A DNA stretch of 64,000 nucleotides, taken from assembly GCA_964450255.1 (NCBI GenBank), contig CAYVDY010000001.1:11039-75038 (forward strand). The letters are read 5' to 3'. The notes beneath the pieces are model-generated. The model was given only the letters and a program-made list of their open reading frames with translations. It was not told where the DNA came from and did not search any database. This DNA comes from an uncultured Candidatus Solibacter sp. (GTDB lineage: Bacteria; Acidobacteriota; Terriglobia; Bryobacterales; Bryobacteraceae). Positions 1 through 9,209 of this stretch are shown piece by piece. A program made the translations under genes and the position numbers. Positions within the stretch are counted from its first letter, which is position 1. Every line of letters starts with the position of its first letter.

Positions 1-28
1 CAGCAGCGGCAACGGCCCGGATTCTCAC

Positions 29-1012
29 ATGATTATCAGCAAGACCCCTCTTCGCATGAGCTTCGCCGGCGGCGGCAGCGACCTGCCGGCCTACTACCGC
101 CAGTTTGGCGGCGCGGTGCTGAGCACCACCATCGACAAGTACATCTACATCGCGGTTAACCGCAAATTCGACCATTGGATTCGCGTCAGCTACTCCAAAA
201 CGGAGACCGTGGAAGAGGTGGACCAGATTGAGCACCCCATCGTGCGGGCGTGCCTGCACAGGCTGCATTTGCGCAACGGCATCGAGATCACCTCTGTGGC
301 CGATATCCCCTCCAAAGGCAGCGGACTGGGGTCTTCCAGCGCGTTCACAGTGGGGCTGCTGCATGCGCTCTCGGCCTACCAGGGGCGCTACCGCTCGGCC
401 GAGGATCTGGCGCAGGAGAGCTGCGCGGTGGAACTGGAACATTGCGGAGGGGCCATCGGCAAGCAGGATCAGTACGCGGCGGCGTATGGCGGGCTGAACT
501 TCATCCGGTTCAAGAACGACGAAACGGTGATCGTGGAGCCTGTGATCTGCGAGCGGCGTGTCGTCGACGAGTTCGAGCGCTCGCTGATGATGTTCTACAC
601 GGGCGCGACGCGGAGTGCGAATGAGATTCTGGCCGAGCAAAGCGCGGTTTCCGGCTCCGACTCGCAGGCGCAAGGCAGGCTGCACCGCATCGCCGCGCTG
701 GCCGAGACCATGCGCGGTGAACTGCAACGCGGCAACGCCGGGGCGGTGGGCGAGATCCTGCACGAGAACTGGATGCTGAAGCGCGAGCTGACCGGCGGGA
801 TCAGCTCGACGGAGATCGATCAGTGGTATGAAACGGCGCGGCGGGCCGGCGCGACAGGCGGCAAGCTGCTGGGCGCGGGCGGCGGCGGGTTTCTGTTGTT
901 TGTCGTGCCGCCGGACAGGCAGGACGAGGTCCGAAATTCGCTCTCCCGGCTAAAGCATGTCCCGTTTCGCTTCGAGCAGGAGGGCAGCCGGATCGTTTTC
1001 TACGCGCACTGA
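29..1012 (+). CDS. hddA: GHMP kinase, D-glycero-alpha-D-manno-heptose-7-phosphate kinase
   Basis: N-terminal TPLRMSFAGGGSD, GHMP motif PSKGSGLGSSS, IGKQDQY, and C-terminal GGKLLGAGGGG. Confidence 0.88.
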   Translation: MIISKTPLRMSFAGGGSDLPAYYRQFGGAVLSTTIDKYIYIAVNRKFDHWIRVSYSKTETVEEVDQIEHPIVRACLHRLHLRNGIEITSVADIPSKGSGLGSSSAFTVGLLHALSAYQGRYRSAEDLAQESCAVELEHCGGAIGKQDQYAAAYGGLNFIRFKNDETVIVEPVICERRVVDEFERSLMMFYTGATRSANEILAEQSAVSGSDSQAQGRLHRIAALAETMRGELQRGNAGAVGEILHENWMLKRELTGGISSTEIDQWYETARRAGATGGKLLGAGGGGFLLFVVPPDRQDEVRNSLSRLKHVPFRFEQEGSRIVFYAH

Positions 1013-1243
1013 GGCGGCATTGTGGGCAGCATTGGTGTGCAATACAGCGCTGAGGAGCACCATGTTCCGGAGATCGCCACTGAGGCGGTGAGCCTGCCCG
1101 GAGAATGACGGCTTATCGTCGCGCCATCCGCGGTTTCACACGGGCGGCTGCATCATGCCGAACGCCTGCGGCACGTCCGGCGGGAAGGCATCGAAATCGG
1201 GCGCGATCCAGAGCATCTATTCACGACGGGCCGAACCGGTGCC

Positions 1244-1389
1244 CTAGCACCCATGGCGTATGATCCAAAACCCATGGGTCTTAGACCCAGTGGTCTAGAC
1301 CGAAGGCCCCATGGAGTGTGTACCAACACCACCGGCACCACAACCCCGGGCCCTCAGGGTGCTGGATTCCCAAAACCCATGGGTGCTGG
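1244..1389. repeat. Cluster of about 6 palindromic iteron/parS-like motifs upstream of the HTH-parA-rep operon
   Basis: Cores CCCATGGC at 1250, CCCATGGG at 1271, CCCAGTGG at 1286, CCCATGGA at 1308, CCTCAGGG at 1352 and CCCATGGG at 1376. GATCCAAAACCCATGGGTCTTAG at 1262-1284 recurs exactly at 2955-2977. Confidence 0.85.
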
Positions 1390-1622
1390 CGGTACACAAA
1401 CTATAGACATTTTCATAGGCAGTGCTTCTTAGGCAGACGACGACGTCTGTACCCTCAATTGAGTGAGGCTCCAAAGATCAGTCAGGGTGACTACACTTGT
1501 TCCGAGATGGCGTGATAGCATGGTGTCCTTGGTGCTGCGCGACTTTTGTCCAGGGTTTGCGTACAGCCTACAGGTTTTGGCGAACTTGTCCGATATGTTT
1601 CTCATTCCAGGTGACCGTTCAG

Positions 1623-1814
1623 ATGCGTAGAAAAAGGCCCAGCGGAATGTTGAGCACCGCCCAGGTTGCGCGGGTGCTCGGCGTAACCACCAAGACACTG
1701 TACCGGATGTTGAAAGATGGGCGTGCTCCCGAACCGGCCAGGAACGTCGAGAACAACTACCGCGTTTGGGCGCCGAACGAGGTACAGCAGCTGCAGGAGG
1801 AACTCTCATCGTGA
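1623..1814 (+). CDS. Small MerR/excisionase-type helix-turn-helix protein (63 aa)
   Basis: LSTAQVARVLGVTTKTLYRMLKDG...PEPAR...NNYRVW. ATG at 1623 lies within ORF 1497..1814; the stop overlaps the GTG start of parA. Confidence 0.8.
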   Translation: MRRKRPSGMLSTAQVARVLGVTTKTLYRMLKDGRAPEPARNVENNYRVWAPNEVQQLQEELSS

Positions 1815-2641
1815 TCCGGCTGACAATCGGAAATCAGCGAGGTGGCGTGGGCAAGACCACGACGGCCATCACGTTGGCTCGACTTTGGGCTGAGGCAGGT
1901 TTGCGGACGCTGCTTGTGGACGCGGATCCTCAGGGGTCGATCGGCAGCATTCTGCGTATGCGCCCGGAACTGTATCTGATTGATTTTCTATGGAATAAGC
2001 GACGTCTCTCCGACTGTGTGATCCAGGCCGTACCTGGTCTTGACGTCCTCTGCAGCAACAGGGATACGCTGGAAGCGGAGCAGAGGGCTACTGGGACGAT
2101 CGGTCGGGAGCGGTTCTTTGAGAACCTCTTCCAGGTCGTGGAAGACCACTACGATGCCATTGTGATCGACGTAGGGCCATCTCTCAGCCTGATGCAGATC
2201 TGCTCCCTCGTCTACACGACAGACTACCTGGTGCCGATCTCCATGGACGCTCTCAGCGTCACAGGTGCCACGGCGTTCTTCAACACGTCGTACCAGCTCG
2301 AAGTTCAGCTCAAAAAGAAATGCCGCTGTGTTGGCTTGCTGCCGACTATCGTCGATCATCGCTACCAGAACACAGAGCAAGTAATGAAGATGATCGATCT
2401 CATCAGCCAGAATTATAAGGTCGGGGTGTTGCCGGCGATTCGCACAGACTCAACCGTCGCGAAGTCGATACGCCTTCGTCAATTCATCGCTGAAGTTGAT
2501 CCGAAGGCGAAGTGCCTGGAGGATTACCGGGAAGTATCCAGACGGCTGCTTCAGATATACGGTGTCCAACCCGCGGCTTCGATCCCAGCCCCAATGACAG
2601 AGACACGCAATGGCAACGAAGAGGAAGCAGCGACAGCCTAA
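1811..2641 (+). CDS. parA: ParA/Soj family partition ATPase
   Basis: Deviant Walker A NQRGGVGKTTT, A' motif LLVDADPQG and B motif IVIDVGPSL. GTG start follows GGAGG at 1796-1800. Confidence 0.9.
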   Translation: MIRLTIGNQRGGVGKTTTAITLARLWAEAGLRTLLVDADPQGSIGSILRMRPELYLIDFLWNKRRLSDCVIQAVPGLDVLCSNRDTLEAEQRATGTIGRERFFENLFQVVEDHYDAIVIDVGPSLSLMQICSLVYTTDYLVPISMDALSVTGATAFFNTSYQLEVQLKKKCRCVGLLPTIVDHRYQNTEQVMKMIDLISQNYKVGVLPAIRTDSTVAKSIRLRQFIAEVDPKAKCLEDYREVSRRLLQIYGVQPAASIPAPMTETRNGNEEEAATA

Positions 2642-4346
2642 CGAAGATCTCGAGGCGGCCGTCGCAGAGATCCTCGACAACCCGATAGTGAAAATCAACC
2701 TCGGCTTTCTGAACGTGGGAAAGGCGGGGAGTGCGGATGTGTCTCTCGGCGGCGGTGTCGACACTTCACCTGTGGGGTATGAACCAAGACCCATGGGTGT
2801 TGAGTTAAAGCCAGTGGGTGTTAGTCTCACTCCTACTGATGCGTCGGAGACTTCTCAGTGGTTGCCGACTCTGACTACGTTCCATGGCGCGATTCCGATC
2901 TCGCAGAATGACCGGCCTGATAGCGCTGGAAGTGGTGATACAACTTCTGCTGAAGATCCAAAACCCATGGGTCTTAGCGGTCATCCGAGTGAAGTTCCTC
3001 AGGGGTCTAACCTAAGGCCCATGGGTCTTGATCTAGAGCCCGGGGGTGCTGGCCGTGAAGGCGAGGCGTGGCCATCGAAGTACGAGGATGACAGATCCGA
3101 AGGATTTGCCGTCCCCTCTAGCGCCAGTCTGAGGCGAGTAGACCAATTGAAGCCGGCTGAGGCGAATGCGCCTGGTATAGATCTAAGACCCAGTGGGTCT
3201 GACGTAAAACCCATGGGTCTTGATGTAGGCCCCATGGGTTCTGGAGTGAGCCAGAGTATGTTTCTGGCTGAGCAGTTGGGCACACTGTTTCCAGCGGCGC
3301 GTGTGCACCGGATTCGCCTCGCCCAGGACGCCCTTTCTCATGTGGAGGAGAAGGTGTATGACCTTCTCTGGGGTGTGAAGAATCAAAACCGGGATTCTTA
3401 TAGACTCTCAGAGTTCAGTCTCCAGAGGATTGCGAATGAGGGACGGCTGAACATCAAGACGGTGCGCGAACTCCTGCCCCGACTCGTTGACAAGGGTTTC
3501 ATTGGTATCGAGCGAGAAGCGGATGTACGCAGGAATCGGCCCACGCAGTATCGCGTGTGGAGCTACGGCGAGGTACTGGCGGACCAGCGCAGCAGGAATA
3601 GACTGTGGTTTGTAAAAACCGGTAAGGGTGTCTTCTATGCCCGACCGGTCTCTGTGGGCGTGACACGAGAGGATTCTCACCCGGAAGAGATAAAACCCAT
3701 GGGTGTTGATCTAGAGCCCAGTGGTTTTGATCTCGAAGCTGGGGGTGTTGACTCAAGACCCAGGGGTCTTGCCGTAAGGCCTATGGGTTTTGAGTCAAAA
3801 CCAACGGGTGTTGATATCTCACAGGGCCTCCTCGCGGAACTGAGTAGATGCATTCGCACCGGATTGGGGTTGACGCCGGACGAACCGCTTCTGAAGGCTC
3901 TGGTGGACGAGTGCCGTCAGAGGGCTTGCTTGACCGATGGAGAATCTGCCAGTGACGCGGAGATACTGCAGTTCACAGAGATGAAGATCAGGGTTCTGAG
4001 GCACGCCTCGACGCTACGGAATCCGCTGGCTGTGCTGAGAAGGGCGGTACCGGAGTGTTTCATCGGACAACCGCTGATGGAGCACCGGGCAGCAGAGCGC
4101 GCCAGGAAGGGAAGGGAACTGGAGGAACTCCGCCAGTACGAGGCGTCTCTGTACGATCAGGACGAAGAATCCAGGAGCGAGGATGAGCGGCTGAGCCTCT
4201 GGGAACGGATTAGCGGCCTTCATCGCACACCGCAAGGCTACGATCTCCGCGCTATTGCCGAGGACCCCGAGTTGGATGAGCACGGCAGAACGGTTGCTCT
4301 GGAGAGGATGCGGCGGCTGGGTAGATTCGCGCCGCGGGGGCTTTGA
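2610..4346 (+). CDS. Putative replication initiator / DNA-binding protein with a central winged-helix and heptad repeats
   Basis: wHTH-like core LSHVEEKVYDLLW...SLQRIANEGRLNIKTVRELLPRLVDKGFI...PTQYRV; C-terminal helical segment with LRNPLAVL; overlaps the end of parA; carries x[KR]P[MVS]G[LVF][DE] repeats. Confidence 0.6.
   Translation: MATKRKQRQPNEDLEAAVAEILDNPIVKINLGFLNVGKAGSADVSLGGGVDTSPVGYEPRPMGVELKPVGVSLTPTDASETSQWLPTLTTFHGAIPISQNDRPDSAGSGDTTSAEDPKPMGLSGHPSEVPQGSNLRPMGLDLEPGGAGREGEAWPSKYEDDRSEGFAVPSSASLRRVDQLKPAEANAPGIDLRPSGSDVKPMGLDVGPMGSGVSQSMFLAEQLGTLFPAARVHRIRLAQDALSHVEEKVYDLLWGVKNQNRDSYRLSEFSLQRIANEGRLNIKTVRELLPRLVDKGFIGIEREADVRRNRPTQYRVWSYGEVLADQRSRNRLWFVKTGKGVFYARPVSVGVTREDSHPEEIKPMGVDLEPSGFDLEAGGVDSRPRGLAVRPMGFESKPTGVDISQGLLAELSRCIRTGLGLTPDEPLLKALVDECRQRACLTDGESASDAEILQFTEMKIRVLRHASTLRNPLAVLRRAVPECFIGQPLMEHRAAERARKGRELEELRQYEASLYDQDEESRSEDERLSLWERISGLHRTPQGYDLRAIAEDPELDEHGRTVALERMRRLGRFAPRGL
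2763..3815. repeat. About 17 intragenic copies of the palindromic motif, in 21-bp-phased clusters
   Basis: Cores at 2769/2790/2811; 2964; 2997/3018/3039; 3168/3189/3210/3231; and 3696/3717/3738/3759/3780/3801. Confidence 0.9.
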
Positions 4347-4589
4347 AGCGCTGGTCTTCTGAGTGGGATGTGGCAAAGCCCTGGTTGGCGCCTCTGCCAA
4401 GCACCACCTGAGAGCCACAGCCTAGCCAGAGATCGAATCCGCGACGCGCTGAGAACCAATAGCGCCTTTGTGGTTTCGGAGAGGAAGAACAGTCAGATTA
4501 GAGATTAAACACTGTCTGGCCGCCAGCATAGCATGACGAAGTGCGGCCCAGACCACTTGGCCTGGACCGCACGTTGGGGGGGAGAAAGT

Positions 4590-7500
4590 CTACTCAATTG
4601 CCAGGGTGACAGTGTTGCTGGCCAGGCGTTGTCCCTCTGCCGTCACGAGTTCCAGGCGGACCGGGACGTCGTTACCGAGAGGCGCCGCCGCCGGGATCCT
4701 CACCTGAACCAGGAAGATGCCGGCGGCGTCCCGGGACGGAACGACGGATTCCACCTGAGCATCGATGTCGCCCACCTTCACGAAGAGAGAGCCGGCGTAG
4801 GAATCAGAGACTCCGAGGCCTGTGGCCTGGAACGAGACCAGATCGTCTGGCTGGGCTGGCTCGCCTGCGCCATGGTAGTCCCGGATCATGGCGATCCGGT
4901 TCGCTTCCCCGATGGTGGCTAGCGCCTGCTGAGTGCGCAGGTTGGGAGCCCGGAGAAGTTCAGGACGTGCCGCCAGCAGGGTCGTCTGTACCGGGGTGGT
5001 TGTTCCGGATGGTGTATCCAGTTTGATCTCCAGGCCTGTCTCCGGCGCCGCGGTCGGACAGAGGAAATCGACTCTGGTCTGGTTGGCAAAGAGCACGGGG
5101 ACGAGGCCATCGGAGATGTACACTTTGGTGCCGCCCAGTTCCAAAGAGGAACCACTGGGATCGGCAAGATCCTCCCCGACAAGACCGAGCCATCTGCCCT
5201 GCAGTGTGCCGACGGCGCCGGGACTGCACATGGCCCGGGCGACGGTCGCGACCTCTGGCTGGCCGGAGTCCACGACGATGCGCATCTCGGCATCTGATGA
5301 ATAGCCGCTGGAGTTCATCGCGGTAAACGAGAGAGTGTGGTCACCCTGTTGATCGGCGGTAGGGGACCATTCGAAGCGATCCGAATCCTCGTGGAAAACT
5401 GCGCCCGCCGGGAGGCTGGATACCGAGATTTGAACGGGGAGGCCATCCGGATCCTGAGCGGAAGTCTGGAAGCTGACGGGCTGCCCAACCTTGACGATTT
5501 GAGTCCCAGGCAGGCTGAGGACGGGGGAGGGCGAGGGCAGAACGTCGATCTGATCTTCCGTCAGATCACTTTCGTCTCCCACGGTCACAGCGATAGTGGA
5601 CGGAGGCGTCGCTTTGTCGATGCTTCCGTGGAATGTGAGGACACGCTGCTGAGCACGGGCTTGGACGGCGACCGGGATGCGGACGAAGCTACTGCTGGCA
5701 AATACGGGCATCTCGGAGGCGTCGTCGTTGCCGCCCAGTTGAAGTTGGCAGGTGAAGGAATCGCCAGCCTGCAGGGTTTTCGGCGCGCAAGACAGAGATC
5801 GGGAAACTTCTGTGGAGGCTGCCGTTCTGGATTCCGTTGAGGCGGCGGCTCGCTGCGTCGTGGACTGAGTGGCTGGTGCGCTACTTATGCTGGCAGGAAC
5901 GACCGTTTGAGTTGGAGAGGCGACCGTATTGAAAACAATGTCCACCCAGTAGTTGCCTGCCTTATACGTGGTCGTCGGAAGTTTTGTGGTGTCAAAGCCG
6001 TACACACTGTTAGAGCCGTCTTCACCATCCCTCAGTGCATAGAGGGGCCCATTCGTGACGCCAGATGTCTGGAAGTACCGGGTGTTGCTTGAATAGGTCC
6101 CCTTCGAGTTTGTGTAGGAGACTACATATGTTCTGTTAGCGGCAATCGCGACCGGAACAGAGAAATTGGCCTGTTGCCATCCCGAAGCAGTCTCACCGCT
6201 GAAGTTGACGCTGGCGAGTAGTGTCCCTCCCGCGCTCCACAGTCTTCCGACGTGGGTTCCAACGTTGGTTGCTGGCTTGTAGAAGCGCACACCCAGAACA
6301 TAGCCCGGGACTTTGCTTCGAAACTTCATTCCCAATTGGATCGGCGTGCTGCTGGCGGCGCTCAGTACAGATACGGAATCGGAATCCCACACTGAGCAGG
6401 GACACGTCCTGGCAGCAGCAGTCAGAGAGAGCGATGCCGTTCTTGAGACGCCACTCAATGTCGCCGTAACGGTGACAGCTTGCAGCGTGCTGATCGTAGC
6501 GGCGGTTGCCGTGAATACCGCCTGCGAGGTTGACGCCAACACAGTGACGGACGCCGGCACGGTCAGCAAACTGCTATTGTCCGAGACGGCAACCGTAAGG
6601 CTGGCCGCGGCCGCCGAGCTGAGTGTAACCGTGCACGTTCCACTGGCTCCGGAAGAGAGCGTGGTTGGGGCGCATACCAGCGATGTCAGTGTCACCGGAG
6701 GCGTCAGGCTGACCGAGGCGGTCTTTGCACTTCCGTTTAGTACCGCTGTCACTGTTGCTGTCTGCGCACTGGCGATAGTCCCGGCGCTGGCGCTGAACGT
6801 TCCCGTGGTGGCGCCCGCCGCAATGGTGACGGAGGCCGGAACGGTCAGGCTCACGTTGTCATCCGAGAGCGAAACCACACTGCCTCCGGCTGGGGCCACC
6901 GCGCTCAAAGTCACGGTGCAGGTAGTGGTGGTACCCGAAGACACAGAGGCTGGGTTGCAAGCCAGCCCACTGAGTTGAACCAGGGATGAGGTCACACTAA
7001 CTGAGGCTGTCTTCGATGTACCGTTGGCCGTCGCGGAAACTGTGACCGTCGTGGTGGCGGAGACTGTTCCCGCAGTTGCCGTGAACGCGGCACTTGCACT
7101 GCCCGCGGCGACCGTGACGGAAAGCGGCACGGTGAGATAGGTGCTGTTATCAGAGACAGCAACGACGACTCCCCCAGTCGGGGCAACCTTGTTGAGCGTG
7201 ACAGTACAGGTACTGGTGGCGCCCGACAAAATGGAGGATGGGCTGCAAACCAACCCGCTGATTTGAGCTGGTGCGGTGACCACACTGACCGAAGCTGTTT
7301 TGGATGTGCCGCTGGCGGCGGCGGTGACAGTCACAGTGGTGTCGGTGGAGACGGTCCCGGCGGTGGCTGTGAATGCCGCTGTTGTACCGCCGGCAGCGAC
7401 CGTGACGGATGCCGGCACATTGAGAAAGGTACTGTTGTCAGAGATAGAAACCGAGAGGCCGCCAGCGGGCGCTGCCTTGTTCAAGGTTACGGTGCAGGTG

Positions 7501-8321
7501 GAGGTGGCACCCGACAATATGCTGGATGGACTGCAGGTGAGCGTGGACGGAACCGCCGGAGCGACAAGGGCAAGAGAGGCGTTGGCGGTGGTGCCATTGA
7601 GACTGGCGGTCAGCAGCGCTGTGCTGTTGGCTGCTACGGCAGATGCCGAGGCAGTGAAGGTGGCGGTGGAGGCGCCGGCAGCGACGGTAACGGAGGCCGG
7701 AGTCGTAACGAAAGTACTGTTATCGGAGAGCGCGACGGCGATACCCCCCGTGGGCGCTGCCTTGTTCAAAGTCACGGTGCAGGTGGCAGTACCGGCTCCG
7801 GTGATTGAGGATGGATTGCAGGTCAACGAGGACAGCCCAACCGGTGTGACGACCTGAAACGAAACAACACCGCCGGTTGCCGACGTGGTGATGCTATCGC
7901 CAGCAAGGGAAGCGGAGTCCGGGTTCGAAACCTGAATCGATCTGCTTAGATTCGCGCTGGAGGACAGCGTCAGGATCAAGGTGGCAACTACTCCATTGCC
8001 GATCGTGTTGGCATTGACACCCGTCAGCAGGCAGGTAAAGGTACCGTCGGCGCCTTCGCACACCAGCGACTTGGAGGCGCTGGTGGCGCTCGGCCCGGCT
8101 GTAACTGTCATAGCGGTGAAGTCAGCGGTGGAAAAGGCAAAGTTCCACTGAAGCCCAGCTGGCTGAGTTCCGGATGAGGTCAGCGTAAGCGGGAGGCTGA
8201 CGCTGCCTCCGGCAGGGGCGGTTCCAGACGCTAGCGAAAGCGAAACTGGCGCTGTGGATGCGAATGCCGAGAGTGAAATTCCAGCCAAAACTATCGCTCG
8301 GGTCAATGAAGCTCGGTTCAC
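4590..8321 (-). CDS. Large secreted surface protein: cohesin-like domain, Cys-containing Ig-like repeats, DUF4082, putative Ig domain and Solibacter-type (TIGR03437-like) C-terminal domain
   Basis: Signal peptide; ~95-aa LxCxPxS...TCTVTL repeats; DUF4082 signature LGMKFRS...GVRFYK...SGWQQANF...NYWVDIVF; C-terminal VPVLFANQTRVDF...FQATGLG...VQVRIP. Confidence 0.8.
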   Translation of the reverse strand: MNRASLTRAIVLAGISLSAFASTAPVSLSLASGTAPAGGSVSLPLTLTSSGTQPAGLQWNFAFSTADFTAMTVTAGPSATSASKSLVCEGADGTFTCLLTGVNANTIGNGVVATLILTLSSSANLSRSIQVSNPDSASLAGDSITTSATGGVVSFQVVTPVGLSSLTCNPSSITGAGTATCTVTLNKAAPTGGIAVALSDNSTFVTTPASVTVAAGASTATFTASASAVAANSTALLTASLNGTTANASLALVAPAVPSTLTCSPSSILSGATSTCTVTLNKAAPAGGLSVSISDNSTFLNVPASVTVAAGGTTAAFTATAGTVSTDTTVTVTAAASGTSKTASVSVVTAPAQISGLVCSPSSILSGATSTCTVTLNKVAPTGGVVVAVSDNSTYLTVPLSVTVAAGSASAAFTATAGTVSATTTVTVSATANGTSKTASVSVTSSLVQLSGLACNPASVSSGTTTTCTVTLSAVAPAGGSVVSLSDDNVSLTVPASVTIAAGATTGTFSASAGTIASAQTATVTAVLNGSAKTASVSLTPPVTLTSLVCAPTTLSSGASGTCTVTLSSAAAASLTVAVSDNSSLLTVPASVTVLASTSQAVFTATAATISTLQAVTVTATLSGVSRTASLSLTAAARTCPCSVWDSDSVSVLSAASSTPIQLGMKFRSKVPGYVLGVRFYKPATNVGTHVGRLWSAGGTLLASVNFSGETASGWQQANFSVPVAIAANRTYVVSYTNSKGTYSSNTRYFQTSGVTNGPLYALRDGEDGSNSVYGFDTTKLPTTTYKAGNYWVDIVFNTVASPTQTVVPASISSAPATQSTTQRAAASTESRTAASTEVSRSLSCAPKTLQAGDSFTCQLQLGGNDDASEMPVFASSSFVRIPVAVQARAQQRVLTFHGSIDKATPPSTIAVTVGDESDLTEDQIDVLPSPSPVLSLPGTQIVKVGQPVSFQTSAQDPDGLPVQISVSSLPAGAVFHEDSDRFEWSPTADQQGDHTLSFTAMNSSGYSSDAEMRIVVDSGQPEVATVARAMCSPGAVGTLQGRWLGLVGEDLADPSGSSLELGGTKVYISDGLVPVLFANQTRVDFLCPTAAPETGLEIKLDTPSGTTTPVQTTLLAARPELLRAPNLRTQQALATIGEANRIAMIRDYHGAGEPAQPDDLVSFQATGLGVSDSYAGSLFVKVGDIDAQVESVVPSRDAAGIFLVQVRIPAAAPLGNDVPVRLELVTAEGQRLASNTVTLAIE

Positions 8322-8894
8322 GTAAGTAGTCCTGTGCCTTCGGGCAAAAAGTATCCTGCAACTATCTATCGGGCGCGGCTAATGAGGGGGGGATGGGGGC
8401 TGTGCCTTAGGGGCGGATACAGACAAACGTAGCGGTACATCGATCAAACCCTACCTATTGGTTAAGCTGCCCCTGGTACCAGCGATCTAGGGCTGCCGCG
8501 TGAAACCGGTGGGGGCGGAACGGCTGAACTCACGTTGGAGCGAACCGTCCGACCGGGTCAGAGACAACGCTAGGCGTCAGAAGCATCTCTAAGAGATCCC
8601 GACCTGAAAATATTCTATTAAGTTAATCACACACCTGCCATGAGATTGCCTGGGTCTGAAGACACCCGTATTGTTGTTATGAATTGGATACTGCAATGTA
8701 AGAAAAATCTTCGGGTAGGAAAATAAGCAGAGTCTGGATCGACGAGCCTGTCATTGGGGAGGACAACGGAGGTGCTCTGGACAGAGACAACTTCCTCGGA
8801 AGAAAAACGCCCATTTCTGTAAAACTGAAGATGTACCTTTCTTAACGGGAGTCTACGACTCGGACATCGCGGCCGAATCCGGAAGAGTCCCTCT

Positions 8895-8911
8895 AGCAAG
8901 CCGACTGCCAA
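8895..8911 (-). promoter_or_regulatory. Sigma-54 (-24/-12) promoter facing gene 4590..8321
   Basis: The minus strand reads TTGGCAGTCGGCTTGCT, i.e. GG-N10-GC with TT before GC. Confidence 0.65.
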
Positions 8912-9006
8912 ACAACAAAGTCCTTTATTTCAGACACTTCATGCCGTAGCTGTGGACTGACTACGCAAAAAGTACCGCGGCTCATAATACTGCGAGCTGA
9001 CGTGCA

Positions 9007-9023
9007 TGTAAGATTTACCGACT
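9007..9023. promoter_or_regulatory. Putative enhancer-binding-protein site (PEP-CTERM box-like)
   Basis: TGTAAGATTTACCGACT matches the GTAA-N6-CCGAC motif found at 60826, 62408 and 62508; it lies 96 bp upstream of the sigma-54 site. Confidence 0.55.
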
Positions 9024-9209
9024 GCTCCTCCATAAGCGTACTGGCGGTTTTTGATGTGTTCTTACAGGCGCTCCACATTGGCACTTACTTGCTATCGGCG
9101 TTCTTTCTCCGCTGTGTCCACACCTATTCCTGTTGGCTTCAGGTGATCTACCTATAGGTCAACTAGCCGGAATAGTCGATGAGCATGACTAGGAAGGCTA
9201 GGAGTAGTT

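Noticed and set aside
1022..1243. Possible gene remnant after hddA
   Set aside because: Short interrupted frames with no recognisable motif; it could be a junction scar but cannot be supported.
1244..3815. CRISPR array interpretation of the palindromic repeats
   Set aside because: Units are degenerate, abut at a 21-bp period with no unique spacers, lie mostly inside a CDS, and no cas genes are present.
9078..9093. Sigma-54-like TTGGCACTTACTTGCT facing gene 9210
   Set aside because: GG-to-GC spacing is 9 nt rather than the strict 10. Not called, though its position is suggestive.
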